Source: an uncultured Verrucomicrobiales bacterium
Lineage (GTDB): Bacteria; Verrucomicrobiota; Verrucomicrobiia; Verrucomicrobiales; Akkermansiaceae
Reading direction: 5' to 3'
DNA length: 64,000 nucleotides
Assembly (NCBI GenBank): GCA_949373085.1
Contig: CASICJ010000020.1
Coordinates: 11,657 to 75,656, forward strand
Shown in pieces: positions 38,260 to 47,044 of the stretch. A program made the position numbers and the translations under genes. The notes under the pieces are model-generated. The model searched no databases. It worked only from the letters and a program-made list of their open reading frames with translations, and was not told where the DNA came from. The first letter of the stretch is position 1. Each line of letters opens with the position of its first letter.

Positions 38260-38928
38260 TTACCCGATTGGAAGATCGCCCAGCGACATCCGCCGCGATT
38301 TCCCGTCCTCGTTAGCTTGCCAGATAACCCCGGACTCAAGATCCAACGCGCTAAGCCAACCGCCACCATAGGCACAGGTATCCAGACAAATTGCGTATCC
38401 AAGATTGGTTGGCATGTCCCCCTGAATCGTATGACCACACACTACCGTCTTTCCCGACTGGTGGGGCCGCTGACTATAAAATCTCTGGTAGTAATAGGTC
38501 TCTCGCTCCTGTTGATTAACCGGCAATCCTGCCTCTACTCCAGCGTGCACCAAAATATAATCATCCAACTCGTGGTAAAGAGCCGCGCTTTTAATAAACT
38601 CCCAATGCTCGCTCGGAACATCCTCGAAACCGCCTCCGTAAGAATCAAGCGTATCGCGACCTCCACAAAGCCCACTCAAAAAACGCTCGCAGTCCTGCTT
38701 AGTCTCTAAAGCCCGAATCATCTGAATTTCATGATTCCCCATCAAATGAAACAGATTATGTGTCTGCTTCTTCTCTAGCAGACAATCGATCACTCCTTTT
38801 GAATTAGGCCCCCGATCTACATAGTCGCCCAAAGTGACTATCAAGTCTTTGCTTGATGGCATAACCACCTGAAACATCGTCTCCAGCGCCGTCAGACAGC
38901 CGTGAATATCTCCAATCACTAATTTCAT
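38260..38928 (-). CDS. Metallophosphoesterase (PPP-family Ser/Thr phosphatase-like)
   Basis: GDIHGC, GDYVDRG, GNHE and a GH motif, in canonical order. Confidence 0.85.
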   Translation of the reverse strand: MKLVIGDIHGCLTALETMFQVVMPSSKDLIVTLGDYVDRGPNSKGVIDCLLEKKQTHNLFHLMGNHEIQMIRALETKQDCERFLSGLCGGRDTLDSYGGGFEDVPSEHWEFIKSAALYHELDDYILVHAGVEAGLPVNQQERETYYYQRFYSQRPHQSGKTVVCGHTIQGDMPTNLGYAICLDTCAYGGGWLSALDLESGVIWQANEDGKSRRMSLGDLPIG

Positions 38929-38930
38929 TT

Positions 38931-39290
38931 TTAAAGAATCTCCCTCGTTTTTTGGGGCATGCCTTTTACCACCAATTGATAGGAATGATCAATGAGCTCG
39001 CCCACTAAATGGCTCGATAATGAGCCATCCAGTATTAATGTATTCCAGTGTTTCTTGTTCATATGGTAGCCCGGCAGGATAGTTTCATGCTCATCTCGCA
39101 ACTGCAATGCGCGCTCAGGATCACATTTTAAATTCATTTGCCCTACTTCGTCCTCAAACCTCAGGGTCGCAAATATTTTTCCTAGGATCTTATAAACTAA
39201 AACCTCGGGGCCAAATGGCGTCTCCTCAACCACCCTCGGCTTTATCATGATGTAACTTCGCACATCGTCCACCGAAAAGGTCATAGTCAA
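38931..39290 (-). CDS. MmcQ/YjbR family protein
   Basis: PGYHMNKKHWNT signature and appropriate size (119 aa). Confidence 0.8.
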   Translation of the reverse strand: MTMTFSVDDVRSYIMIKPRVVEETPFGPEVLVYKILGKIFATLRFEDEVGQMNLKCDPERALQLRDEHETILPGYHMNKKHWNTLILDGSLSSHLVGELIDHSYQLVVKGMPQKTREIL

Positions 39291-39420
39291 TCATTTCGGT
39301 TTCTTGCCATATTTCAACCCCACATTATAAGACTTTCTTTGTCGCAGTTTTAACCTAGTCCCTCCACAAATAGGGTAAATCAACGATTGCCACCTTCACA
39401 ATCAACGCTAACCCTCCCGC

Positions 39421-40062
39421 ATGGAACTCGACGCCATCCTCTTTGACTTTGACGGAGTCATTCTCGACACCGAATGGTCCATCTATGAATCGATGCGCGA
39501 GACCTTCATCGCGAACGGCCACGACCTCCCGCTTCAGGAATACGTCAAGTGTATTGGCTCAGACTTTAACACTTGGTCGCCAGAGAATAGGCTCGAGGAA
39601 CTCACCGGAAAAACCTTCGACTGGGAAGCGATTGGCATCGCCCGTAACAAGTGGATCCGTAAGGAAATCAACAAGCTCGACGCCATGCCCGGTGTCCGTG
39701 AAACCGTCAACCACTGCCAAGAAAGAAAGATACCCATCGCTATCGTTTCCAGCTCCAACCACAGCTGGGTGGATGGCTGGCTCGACAAACTTGGTCTCAT
39801 TAAGTCCTTCGATCACATCGTCGCGCGTGAGGATGCTCCTCGTATCAAACCCGCTCCCGACCTTTACGCAGAAGCCGTCAAACGCATTAAATTACCTGCA
39901 TCAAAATGCCTCGTCATCGAAGATTCCCTCAACGGAATGAAGTCCGCTCACACGGTCGGGTGTCCCGTTGCCGCTATCCCAAACAGGATCACGCAATGCA
40001 TTGATTTCTCGGCAGCAGAATACCAATATCTTTCCCTCGTTGAGCTTCTCGAGGAACTGTAA
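39421..40062 (+). CDS. HAD-superfamily hydrolase (beta-phosphoglucomutase-like subfamily)
   Basis: DFDGVILDTE motif I, VSSS motif II, KP.PD, and EDS.NG motif IV. Confidence 0.85.
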   Translation: MELDAILFDFDGVILDTEWSIYESMRETFIANGHDLPLQEYVKCIGSDFNTWSPENRLEELTGKTFDWEAIGIARNKWIRKEINKLDAMPGVRETVNHCQERKIPIAIVSSSNHSWVDGWLDKLGLIKSFDHIVAREDAPRIKPAPDLYAEAVKRIKLPASKCLVIEDSLNGMKSAHTVGCPVAAIPNRITQCIDFSAAEYQYLSLVELLEEL

Positions 40063-41063
40063 TGCGCTGTCTCTTGCTTTCCCTTCTCGTCCTCTCGTCA
40101 TGCCGTCAGGACAAAAACACGGCTGAAGAGACAAAATCAAATGAGCCCACGATCGTGCGCATCGAAAGCGAGCGGCCACTCATGGGTTCGCTCTTTAAAA
40201 TTATCACATATACCAAAGACCCCCAGGCAGGTTATCTTGCCATGGAAAAAAGTTTCGATCTTGCCGAAGACTTTAGCAAACGCGCCACTGACTACGATCC
40301 AGACTCTGAGCTAAACCGCCTCACCAAGTCGAAACCCGGCATACCGATTTCCGTCAGCAAGGAGCTTTTCGACGTTCTGATCCTCGGGAAAAAATTAACC
40401 AAAGAATCCGAAGGAATCTTCGACCCCACCTTTGGCCCACTCACCCACCTTTGGCGTGAAACCAGAAGAACCAAAGAAGTGCCATCCGAGGAAGAAATTG
40501 CTGCTGCCCGCAGCCGTTGCGGGATCGAATTTCTGGCCTTCGATGAAAAAAAACAGACGGTTACCGTGAAACGCCAAGGACTTCAACTCGACCTTGGAGG
40601 AATTGCCAAAGGCTTCGCTGCAGATCTTATCTACGATCACCTTGCCAAAAAAGGGTTCACCCAAACCTTGGTTGCTGCGGCCGGAGATCTACGCATAGGT
40701 GATCCACCTCCAGAAAGAGAGGGCTGGAATATCGGCCTTCGGACCTTCCGTCTCACGCCCAACAAAAGCCTTCCGCTCAGAAATTGCGCGGTCTCTACCT
40801 CGGGCGATCTCTTCCAAAATGTTACCACCGGCGGAAAAACCTACTCTCACCTTATCGATCTTCACACAGGACTTGGGCTCACCACCCGCCGGGCCGCTTC
40901 GGTTATAATGCCCGAAGCAAAAATGACTGATCCCCTCGCAACCGCAGCCTGCCTTTCTGGCAATCCTAAAGCCCTCTTCAGAAAATTCCCAGAAGCTTCG
41001 ATCCGCATCGTTTATGAAGATCGCAAGATCCCACCGATCACCACCGGAGTCTTTACCGAGTAG
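40062..41063 (+). CDS. apbE: FAD:protein FMN transferase (ApbE family lipoprotein)
   Basis: Lipobox LSSC. LMGS.F.I, FDPT.G, and LDLGGIAKGFAAD. TAATG overlap with the HAD gene. Confidence 0.9.
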   Translation: MRCLLLSLLVLSSCRQDKNTAEETKSNEPTIVRIESERPLMGSLFKIITYTKDPQAGYLAMEKSFDLAEDFSKRATDYDPDSELNRLTKSKPGIPISVSKELFDVLILGKKLTKESEGIFDPTFGPLTHLWRETRRTKEVPSEEEIAAARSRCGIEFLAFDEKKQTVTVKRQGLQLDLGGIAKGFAADLIYDHLAKKGFTQTLVAAAGDLRIGDPPPEREGWNIGLRTFRLTPNKSLPLRNCAVSTSGDLFQNVTTGGKTYSHLIDLHTGLGLTTRRAASVIMPEAKMTDPLATAACLSGNPKALFRKFPEASIRIVYEDRKIPPITTGVFTE

Positions 41064-41125
41064 ATCAACCAGAATATTTTCCTTTGCTCATTGCCCATTC
41101 ATGCAGACCAGTGGATGTTTTGCCA

Positions 41126-42181
41126 ATGACTCTCGACGTACTTGAAACAGCCATCAATGAATGGCTCTCCCAAGGGGCAACCGATATCTTTTTGAGTGAA
41201 GATCAACGGACCCGAGTTCGAATAAACGGCGAGGTCGTTCCAGTGGCTGACTCAACGATGTCACGGCAAGATCTCTCCCATCTTTGGCAGGCCTGTAAAA
41301 TCGATCCAGCCTCTACCAATGAGATTGATTCGCGCTACCAAATGAAAAACGGTGGTTATATCCGGGCCAATCTTTACCGTGCCATGGGAAACCTTTGCGC
41401 CGCCATTCGCCCCATTAAAGCAATCATACCGCCACTCGATTCCCTCGGCCTTCCCACCGATCTGATCCGCCACTGGATTCATCGACGCTCCGGACTCATT
41501 CTTGTCACCGGAACCACTGGGTCAGGAAAATCCACTACCCTTGCTTCAGCTCTCGAAGAACTCAACGAAAGTCGACAGAACCATATTATTACCCTCGAAG
41601 ACCCCATCGAGTATCTCTTCCAAAACAAGAAGTCGTTCTTCTCCCAACGCGAACTGAACTCAGATACCGCTAAATTTTCCACAGCTCTTCGCGCCTCTCT
41701 TCGTCAAAACCCCGACGTAATTATGATCGGCGAGATCCGTGACGAAGAAACCGCCCAACTCGCTCTTCGCGCTTCCGAAACCGGACACCTTGTCATCAGC
41801 ACTCTTCACAGCTCAGGAGTTGTTGAATCGATCGAAAGACTAGGCAACTTGTTCCCCGAGAACCACGGGGCCACTTCGCGAATGCTTCTTTCCCGTCAGC
41901 TCGTCGGAGTGATCAACCAGAACCTCTTACCCGGCACAGATGGATCACTCAAGCTCGTCTCTGAATACCTTCAAAACGAAGGAGCTGTGCGTGGGTGGAT
42001 CCGCGAAGGACGCTATCACGATATTATCGATCACCTACAACGCCCACAGGATGCTCAAACCAGGAACATGCTTACCAGCATCGTGGAAATGTATCATCAG
42101 AACCTAATATCAGAGGACATTGCAAGAGATGCCGCCCCAAACCCAGGTGACTTTGACCGCCAAATCCGTGGCATTTCCTAA
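41126..42181 (+). CDS. PilT/PilU-like type IV pilus retraction-family ATPase (divergent copy)
   Basis: Walker A GTTGSGKSTT, the ITLEDPIEY Asp box, Walker B DVIMIGEIRD, and the TGHLVISTLH His box. ATG at 41126, though a TTG at 41084 is also possible. Confidence 0.8.
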   Translation: MTLDVLETAINEWLSQGATDIFLSEDQRTRVRINGEVVPVADSTMSRQDLSHLWQACKIDPASTNEIDSRYQMKNGGYIRANLYRAMGNLCAAIRPIKAIIPPLDSLGLPTDLIRHWIHRRSGLILVTGTTGSGKSTTLASALEELNESRQNHIITLEDPIEYLFQNKKSFFSQRELNSDTAKFSTALRASLRQNPDVIMIGEIRDEETAQLALRASETGHLVISTLHSSGVVESIERLGNLFPENHGATSRMLLSRQLVGVINQNLLPGTDGSLKLVSEYLQNEGAVRGWIREGRYHDIIDHLQRPQDAQTRNMLTSIVEMYHQNLISEDIARDAAPNPGDFDRQIRGIS

Positions 42182-42200
42182 ACACACTTCTTTATTAACT

Positions 42201-43289
42201 ATGACCACACCACAAGGAATCCGAGACTACCTTGCCCAGACCGTCACCAAAGGTGGCTCCGACTTACATCTCACCGTCGGTGCCCCCCCAGCCGCAAGAG
42301 TCCATGGGAACCTGCAAGCGCTTGAAGAAATGTCTTTCGACGCCAGCCAAGTTCGCGAATTAATTCTCGGGACCATGAACGAAACCCAGCGCTCAAAGCT
42401 GGAGGACGATTGGGAGCTCGACTACGCTATCGAGGTCAGTGGCGTTGGGCGTTTTCGCGGGAACGTGCACTTCTGCCGTCAAAATATCGAAGCAGTCTAT
42501 CGCTACATCCCAGCAGAAATTCCAGAGCTTTCAACCCTAGGACACTATCCGATTTTAGAGGAAATTTGCCACCTGCAGCGGGGCCTCGTTCTCATCACCG
42601 GAGTAACCGGCTCAGGAAAAACAACGACTCTTGCTTCATTAGTGCAAAGGATCTCTGAGATTCGCTCCGGCACGATCATCACTTTGGAAGACCCCATCGA
42701 GTTTTCTTTTCAGCACAATTCCTCGCTTATTAAACAGCGGGAGATCGGACGAGACACTAAATCATTCTCACTCGGGCTTCGTCAGTGCATGCGTCAGGAT
42801 CCCGACGTAATTGTCGTAGGCGAACTTCGCGATCGCGAGTCGATGCAGATCGCAATGACCGCAGCCGAAACCGGGCACCTCGTGATCAGCACCCTTCACA
42901 CAATCGACGCCCCAAAGTCGGTAGAGCGTATCATGGATCTTTTCCCCTCCGACCAACAAGTGCAAATCGCCTCGCAGCTTTCTAATGTTCTCGAAGCAAT
43001 CATTTGCCAAAGGCTTCTCCCAAGAGCCGATACCGATGGACGCGTCCTTGCCACCGAGGCTCTTCGCGTCAACTCCGGGATTCAATCCAGTCTCCGAAAA
43101 CGAAAGATCGAACAAGTAGTCGGCCTCATGGAAATTGCCCGACAAGAAGGCTGTCACACTATTGATGACTGCCTCGAAACGCTCGTCGCCCACAACTACA
43201 TCACCCAGCAAGATGCCATCCAAAACTGCAGAGATCCGCACCGATTTACTTCAGAAAGCCTTGCCAGCCGCCAGGCCGTAAAGAAGTAA
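42201..43289 (+). CDS. pilT: Twitching-motility ATPase PilT
   Basis: GSDLHLTVG, GVTGSGKTTT, ITLEDPIEF, DVIVVGELRD, and TGHLVISTLHT. ATG at 42201. Confidence 0.9.
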   Translation: MTTPQGIRDYLAQTVTKGGSDLHLTVGAPPAARVHGNLQALEEMSFDASQVRELILGTMNETQRSKLEDDWELDYAIEVSGVGRFRGNVHFCRQNIEAVYRYIPAEIPELSTLGHYPILEEICHLQRGLVLITGVTGSGKTTTLASLVQRISEIRSGTIITLEDPIEFSFQHNSSLIKQREIGRDTKSFSLGLRQCMRQDPDVIVVGELRDRESMQIAMTAAETGHLVISTLHTIDAPKSVERIMDLFPSDQQVQIASQLSNVLEAIICQRLLPRADTDGRVLATEALRVNSGIQSSLRKRKIEQVVGLMEIARQEGCHTIDDCLETLVAHNYITQQDAIQNCRDPHRFTSESLASRQAVKK

Positions 43290-43304
43290 GAACGCCCTTA
43301 AATT

Positions 43305-43823
43305 TTACCTGGGCGGCGCAAACTGCCCCTTCAGCTCCTCAGAGATTTCAACTTTCGGGTGAACATATTCGGCTTCTTCGCGCCACCCGAGATGTTTCAG
43401 CGGGTAAAGTTCGCCACCTAGGATTGCGTTTCTTCGGCGCTTAATGACACGGCGACCACGGCGATCTAATCGCTTCACCCCGAAAACGATAATGGCATCT
43501 CCAAGCTCCACATCCTGCATCGGACCAAAGGCAAGATCAATAAGACGGCTATAAATTTCAAGATTCCTTGGGTGAACTTTCAAATACTGCCGAAAGACAT
43601 GGAAAGCATCTCCCACTCTCCCCTGCATCGCCAAAGCATCTCCCTTACTTAAAAGCGGAGGAGGCTTTCGAAATTTCTCGAGCGAAAAGAACGAAAGCAC
43701 ATCTGCCATCTTCTGGCTCACCCAGTCCGTCGTCGGGAGAGCGAGTAAGATCGCGACGAGCAGCCCCGCCGAAACCAATAAGAAGATGGCAAGTGGACTT
43801 TCACCAATGGCCCCTAAAACCAT
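43305..43823 (-). CDS. Hypothetical membrane-anchored protein
   Basis: One N-terminal TM helix. No recognisable family. Its start lies 4 nt after the upstream FtsX-permease stop, suggesting co-transcription. Confidence 0.4.
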   Translation of the reverse strand: MVLGAIGESPLAIFLLVSAGLLVAILLALPTTDWVSQKMADVLSFFSLEKFRKPPPLLSKGDALAMQGRVGDAFHVFRQYLKVHPRNLEIYSRLIDLAFGPMQDVELGDAIIVFGVKRLDRRGRRVIKRRRNAILGGELYPLKHLGWREEAEYVHPKVEISEELKGQFAPPR

Positions 43824-43827
43824 AACT

Positions 43828-46800
43828 TTAAAGACTATGAGGGGCTCGAGTTCCTATAAAATTTGCGATGAAGGCCATTGCCAATACCAACCCTGCCATC
43901 CATAGCAAGTCCATCACCCCAACCGTTCCGCCCAAAACCGGAATCACCGCAATCAAGGCCGATACCAAACCTATCCCAAGCCCCCAGGCAACCATTGACC
44001 TAACCTCATTTTTCACGATCTTGGACCGTCTCAGCTTGGAGATACCCAGCATCCTCAGGGTTTCAAATTCTGCCTTCCGCTCGACCAAATTACGGGCAGT
44101 GACAATACCAACCCCAACACTACCGAGAATGATCCCCAAACCTCCAAGCACATTAAAAATTGCGATATAGGTATTCTCGACCTCATGAAAAGCCGCGAGC
44201 CTATCCTTTGTTGCCGTCACTTTCCCTCCCAGATCAGCCGTCTCTTCCTGCAAAATCTCACGCCCTTTTTCGTCAGGAGAAAGGAAGAGTTGGTAGCCGC
44301 CAAGCGAGGGATACTTCTCCAAAAGCTTCTTCTCACTCAGAATCAAACTTCCTTGAAAAACCGAGTCCTTCACCACTCCAGCAATCGTCACAGAGAAATC
44401 ATTTCCCCACTCGTCCTGATAGATCAGTTCATCCCCCACCTTCTTCTTCAAAACCCACATCATCGTCGTTTCATCAACGATCGCCGGAACCCCATCACCT
44501 TCTAAGATTGACCACTTATCGCTTGTCTTGAACCGACCCGCAAGAAGGTCGGGGTCCACGCCCAGTAGGCGAGGTTGGCTGGAAGCAGTGAGATTAAAAC
44601 AATCGACATCATCGCCCTCACCAATTCGGAAAGGCACTAGGGTCTTCAGTCCAAACCAATCAACCTCCCCTTTTGCATCAGCAGGCCGATTTACAGATGA
44701 AGTGGTCTCTACCCACCATGCAAAGCCACCCGCCCCACTGGTCTTATCCTCCCAATTTTCTCCTCCGTTCTTCCGGAAAGAAGCCACCGAAAGGACCAGA
44801 AAAACTCCGGCTGCAAGCACGCCCACCACCGTCAAACTTCGTGAAGCCCGACGGGCCAGGTTCACCTTAGCCATCCCATCTGGTGAAAATTCCCCCAGAG
44901 AGCCAATCCGCGACAGTCGTTTCCGGAAAACCGCCAACCCCGTAACTAAGACCCCGAAGCCCACTAGAAAAAATGCTCCTTGGGCCGCTGCTGTATAGCT
45001 CATTGCGATTCCACCTACTACTACGAGAAGGCCAAAAACGAGGAAACCCGTCGCCCATTTGCTGGGTTTCCCAACTTCTTCCTCAGCACCCGAATTAAGG
45101 CGTAGACTAGCACTCTGGCTAACCTGCTTGCGATTCGTTAACCAAACCGAAAGCAAGGTGAATCCCGCAATCCCAAAAAGCCCCTTAGCGATCGTCCAGC
45201 CACTTAAGTGCAGATCAAAAGCTGTGCCATCGCCCCAAATCGAACTGATCACCTTAAGCACGATCGTGCAGAAAACTATCGCGAGAAGGGCCCCAATGAT
45301 CGCGCCTGCAAGGACTACAAAAAAAGCTTCTCCCATTCGCCAGTTGGCAATCTTCTTCACCGAAATCCCCACCGCCGAAAGAAGAGCCCCTTCTTCCGCC
45401 CGCTGCTCTACATTGAAACGAAACAACATCGTCACCAGCGCAATTGCTGCGATGATTAGAAAGAAGCTCATCGCAAGAAATAGGATCGCAAAATCCACCG
45501 GCGACTTCGCCGCCTCCTTCGCTTGCTCCGAGAAATCCATCACCTCCATTCCCGCCAAAGAAGGTTCCAGTATCTCGCGAACTGACTTCGTCACCCCGTC
45601 AACCTGCCCTCCTAGCACCCTCATTCCAGTCACCTTTCCCCAGCGATTGGCCCAAAGTTTCTCTCCGGTTTGATGCGAGACAAAAGCCTTTGGTGTCCCC
45701 TTGAACTCCTCCCAATACTCGTCGTCCTTGTCCCGGATTCGAGTCAGATCCAGAGGCATGCCCGGCTCCCAATCGCGGGCACTCTCGACATCAGCCACTC
45801 CGGGGAAATCCGGCATCCAGCGTTGATCAGCTGCCGGGCCTTCCATCTTCACGATCGCTTTCACCGCAAATACTCCACGCTTCTCAACCAGCTTGCTGCC
45901 TGATTCAACCACGAAGTAGTCCATCGTCAGCTCATCACCGACTTGGGCCCGCAAATCCTCCGCTAACCAATCGTTAATCACGACCTCTCCTTCACCCGGC
46001 TGCGTTGGAAGAAACATCGCGGACTTCCCGCTCACCGCCGTCACCATGGAATACGGAGTTTCCCCGACTTCAGTCGCCAGGGTATTAATCAAATAAGTCA
46101 ATACCGGCTCACCTACGATTTTTTCCGCAATCCTCGGCTCCATGAAAATCCGCTCGGACCGCACCTCGACTCCATTCGGCACTTCGACGACCGAGATTCC
46201 GTAATCCGCCAATTCCAATTCTCCCGGATCGAAAGACTCGTCTTCATCCAGCAAAAGAGCATTGGCCTTCCCCTTGAGATCGAGGACTTTTTGAAGTCGC
46301 TTCAGCGGCACGAAAACCGAGGACGGCGGGACTTGAGTTTGTTCAAGGCTGAATCTTCCGAACTCTTCATCGCTCAAAACTTTCGCCACCGTAATCCGCA
46401 TCGAAGAGACCGATTCGCTCTCACCCGAGAGTGGAGCATCACGCGAAAGAAGCCCTGGCTTTTGCAAACGCACCACCCCCGAATCACCTTCTTTGAGATT
46501 TAGCGCCCGCGCCAAAGGCCCACTGATGGCAGCGTCGAAATTCGACAGATCCACCGAAGTCTCTTGCGGTGCGAAGTCCCAAAAATCTTCCGAAACTCCC
46601 ATCACCTGAACCTGCCCCTCGGCCCGTTCCTCCACATTAACCTGCCCCTTCAGATAAATCATGGCCGACCCACCATTTCGCGAAGCCAAATCGTCGCGAA
46701 AAAAACGTTCACCACCCGAAAAGATCTTCGCAACCTTCCCAATCCGTAACTCTGCTGACTTAGTGAGGCTTTCCTGCACCGAATCCCCCGCCATCAGGGC

Positions 46801-46902
46801 GCCCAGAAGGACCATGGCCCCCACTGCAGCGCCCGCGAGCACACCCCAGTAGGCTGACCGATAATGGCAAATCCCTTTCCAAATAAATCCCGTGCTCTTC
46901 AT
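43828..46902 (-). CDS. ABC-transporter permease with two FtsX/MacB-type domains
   Basis: Two blocks of four TM helices, each preceded by a large extracytoplasmic domain. FtsX-type R..E...L...G loop motifs (EEGALLSAVGIS, EFETLRMLGIS). Confidence 0.85.
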   Translation of the reverse strand: MKSTGFIWKGICHYRSAYWGVLAGAAVGAMVLLGALMAGDSVQESLTKSAELRIGKVAKIFSGGERFFRDDLASRNGGSAMIYLKGQVNVEERAEGQVQVMGVSEDFWDFAPQETSVDLSNFDAAISGPLARALNLKEGDSGVVRLQKPGLLSRDAPLSGESESVSSMRITVAKVLSDEEFGRFSLEQTQVPPSSVFVPLKRLQKVLDLKGKANALLLDEDESFDPGELELADYGISVVEVPNGVEVRSERIFMEPRIAEKIVGEPVLTYLINTLATEVGETPYSMVTAVSGKSAMFLPTQPGEGEVVINDWLAEDLRAQVGDELTMDYFVVESGSKLVEKRGVFAVKAIVKMEGPAADQRWMPDFPGVADVESARDWEPGMPLDLTRIRDKDDEYWEEFKGTPKAFVSHQTGEKLWANRWGKVTGMRVLGGQVDGVTKSVREILEPSLAGMEVMDFSEQAKEAAKSPVDFAILFLAMSFFLIIAAIALVTMLFRFNVEQRAEEGALLSAVGISVKKIANWRMGEAFFVVLAGAIIGALLAIVFCTIVLKVISSIWGDGTAFDLHLSGWTIAKGLFGIAGFTLLSVWLTNRKQVSQSASLRLNSGAEEEVGKPSKWATGFLVFGLLVVVGGIAMSYTAAAQGAFFLVGFGVLVTGLAVFRKRLSRIGSLGEFSPDGMAKVNLARRASRSLTVVGVLAAGVFLVLSVASFRKNGGENWEDKTSGAGGFAWWVETTSSVNRPADAKGEVDWFGLKTLVPFRIGEGDDVDCFNLTASSQPRLLGVDPDLLAGRFKTSDKWSILEGDGVPAIVDETTMMWVLKKKVGDELIYQDEWGNDFSVTIAGVVKDSVFQGSLILSEKKLLEKYPSLGGYQLFLSPDEKGREILQEETADLGGKVTATKDRLAAFHEVENTYIAIFNVLGGLGIILGSVGVGIVTARNLVERKAEFETLRMLGISKLRRSKIVKNEVRSMVAWGLGIGLVSALIAVIPVLGGTVGVMDLLWMAGLVLAMAFIANFIGTRAPHSL

Positions 46903-47044
46903 GTTATTGGCCTAGAGTATAAAAGTGTTTATCCTCGTGGCAAACCCAAGGATTGGCGATCGAACGACCGTCAGTCGACATCCCCAGCAGGCTGAAGACA
47001 CGCCGCCATGGCTAGAAAAAACTGAGTGCCCTCCTTCATAATCT

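Noticed and set aside
39378-39407. AATCAACG 8-mer repeated 22 bp apart upstream of the HAD gene
   Set aside because: It is short and AT-rich, so chance occurrence is plausible. There is no dyad symmetry or other support.
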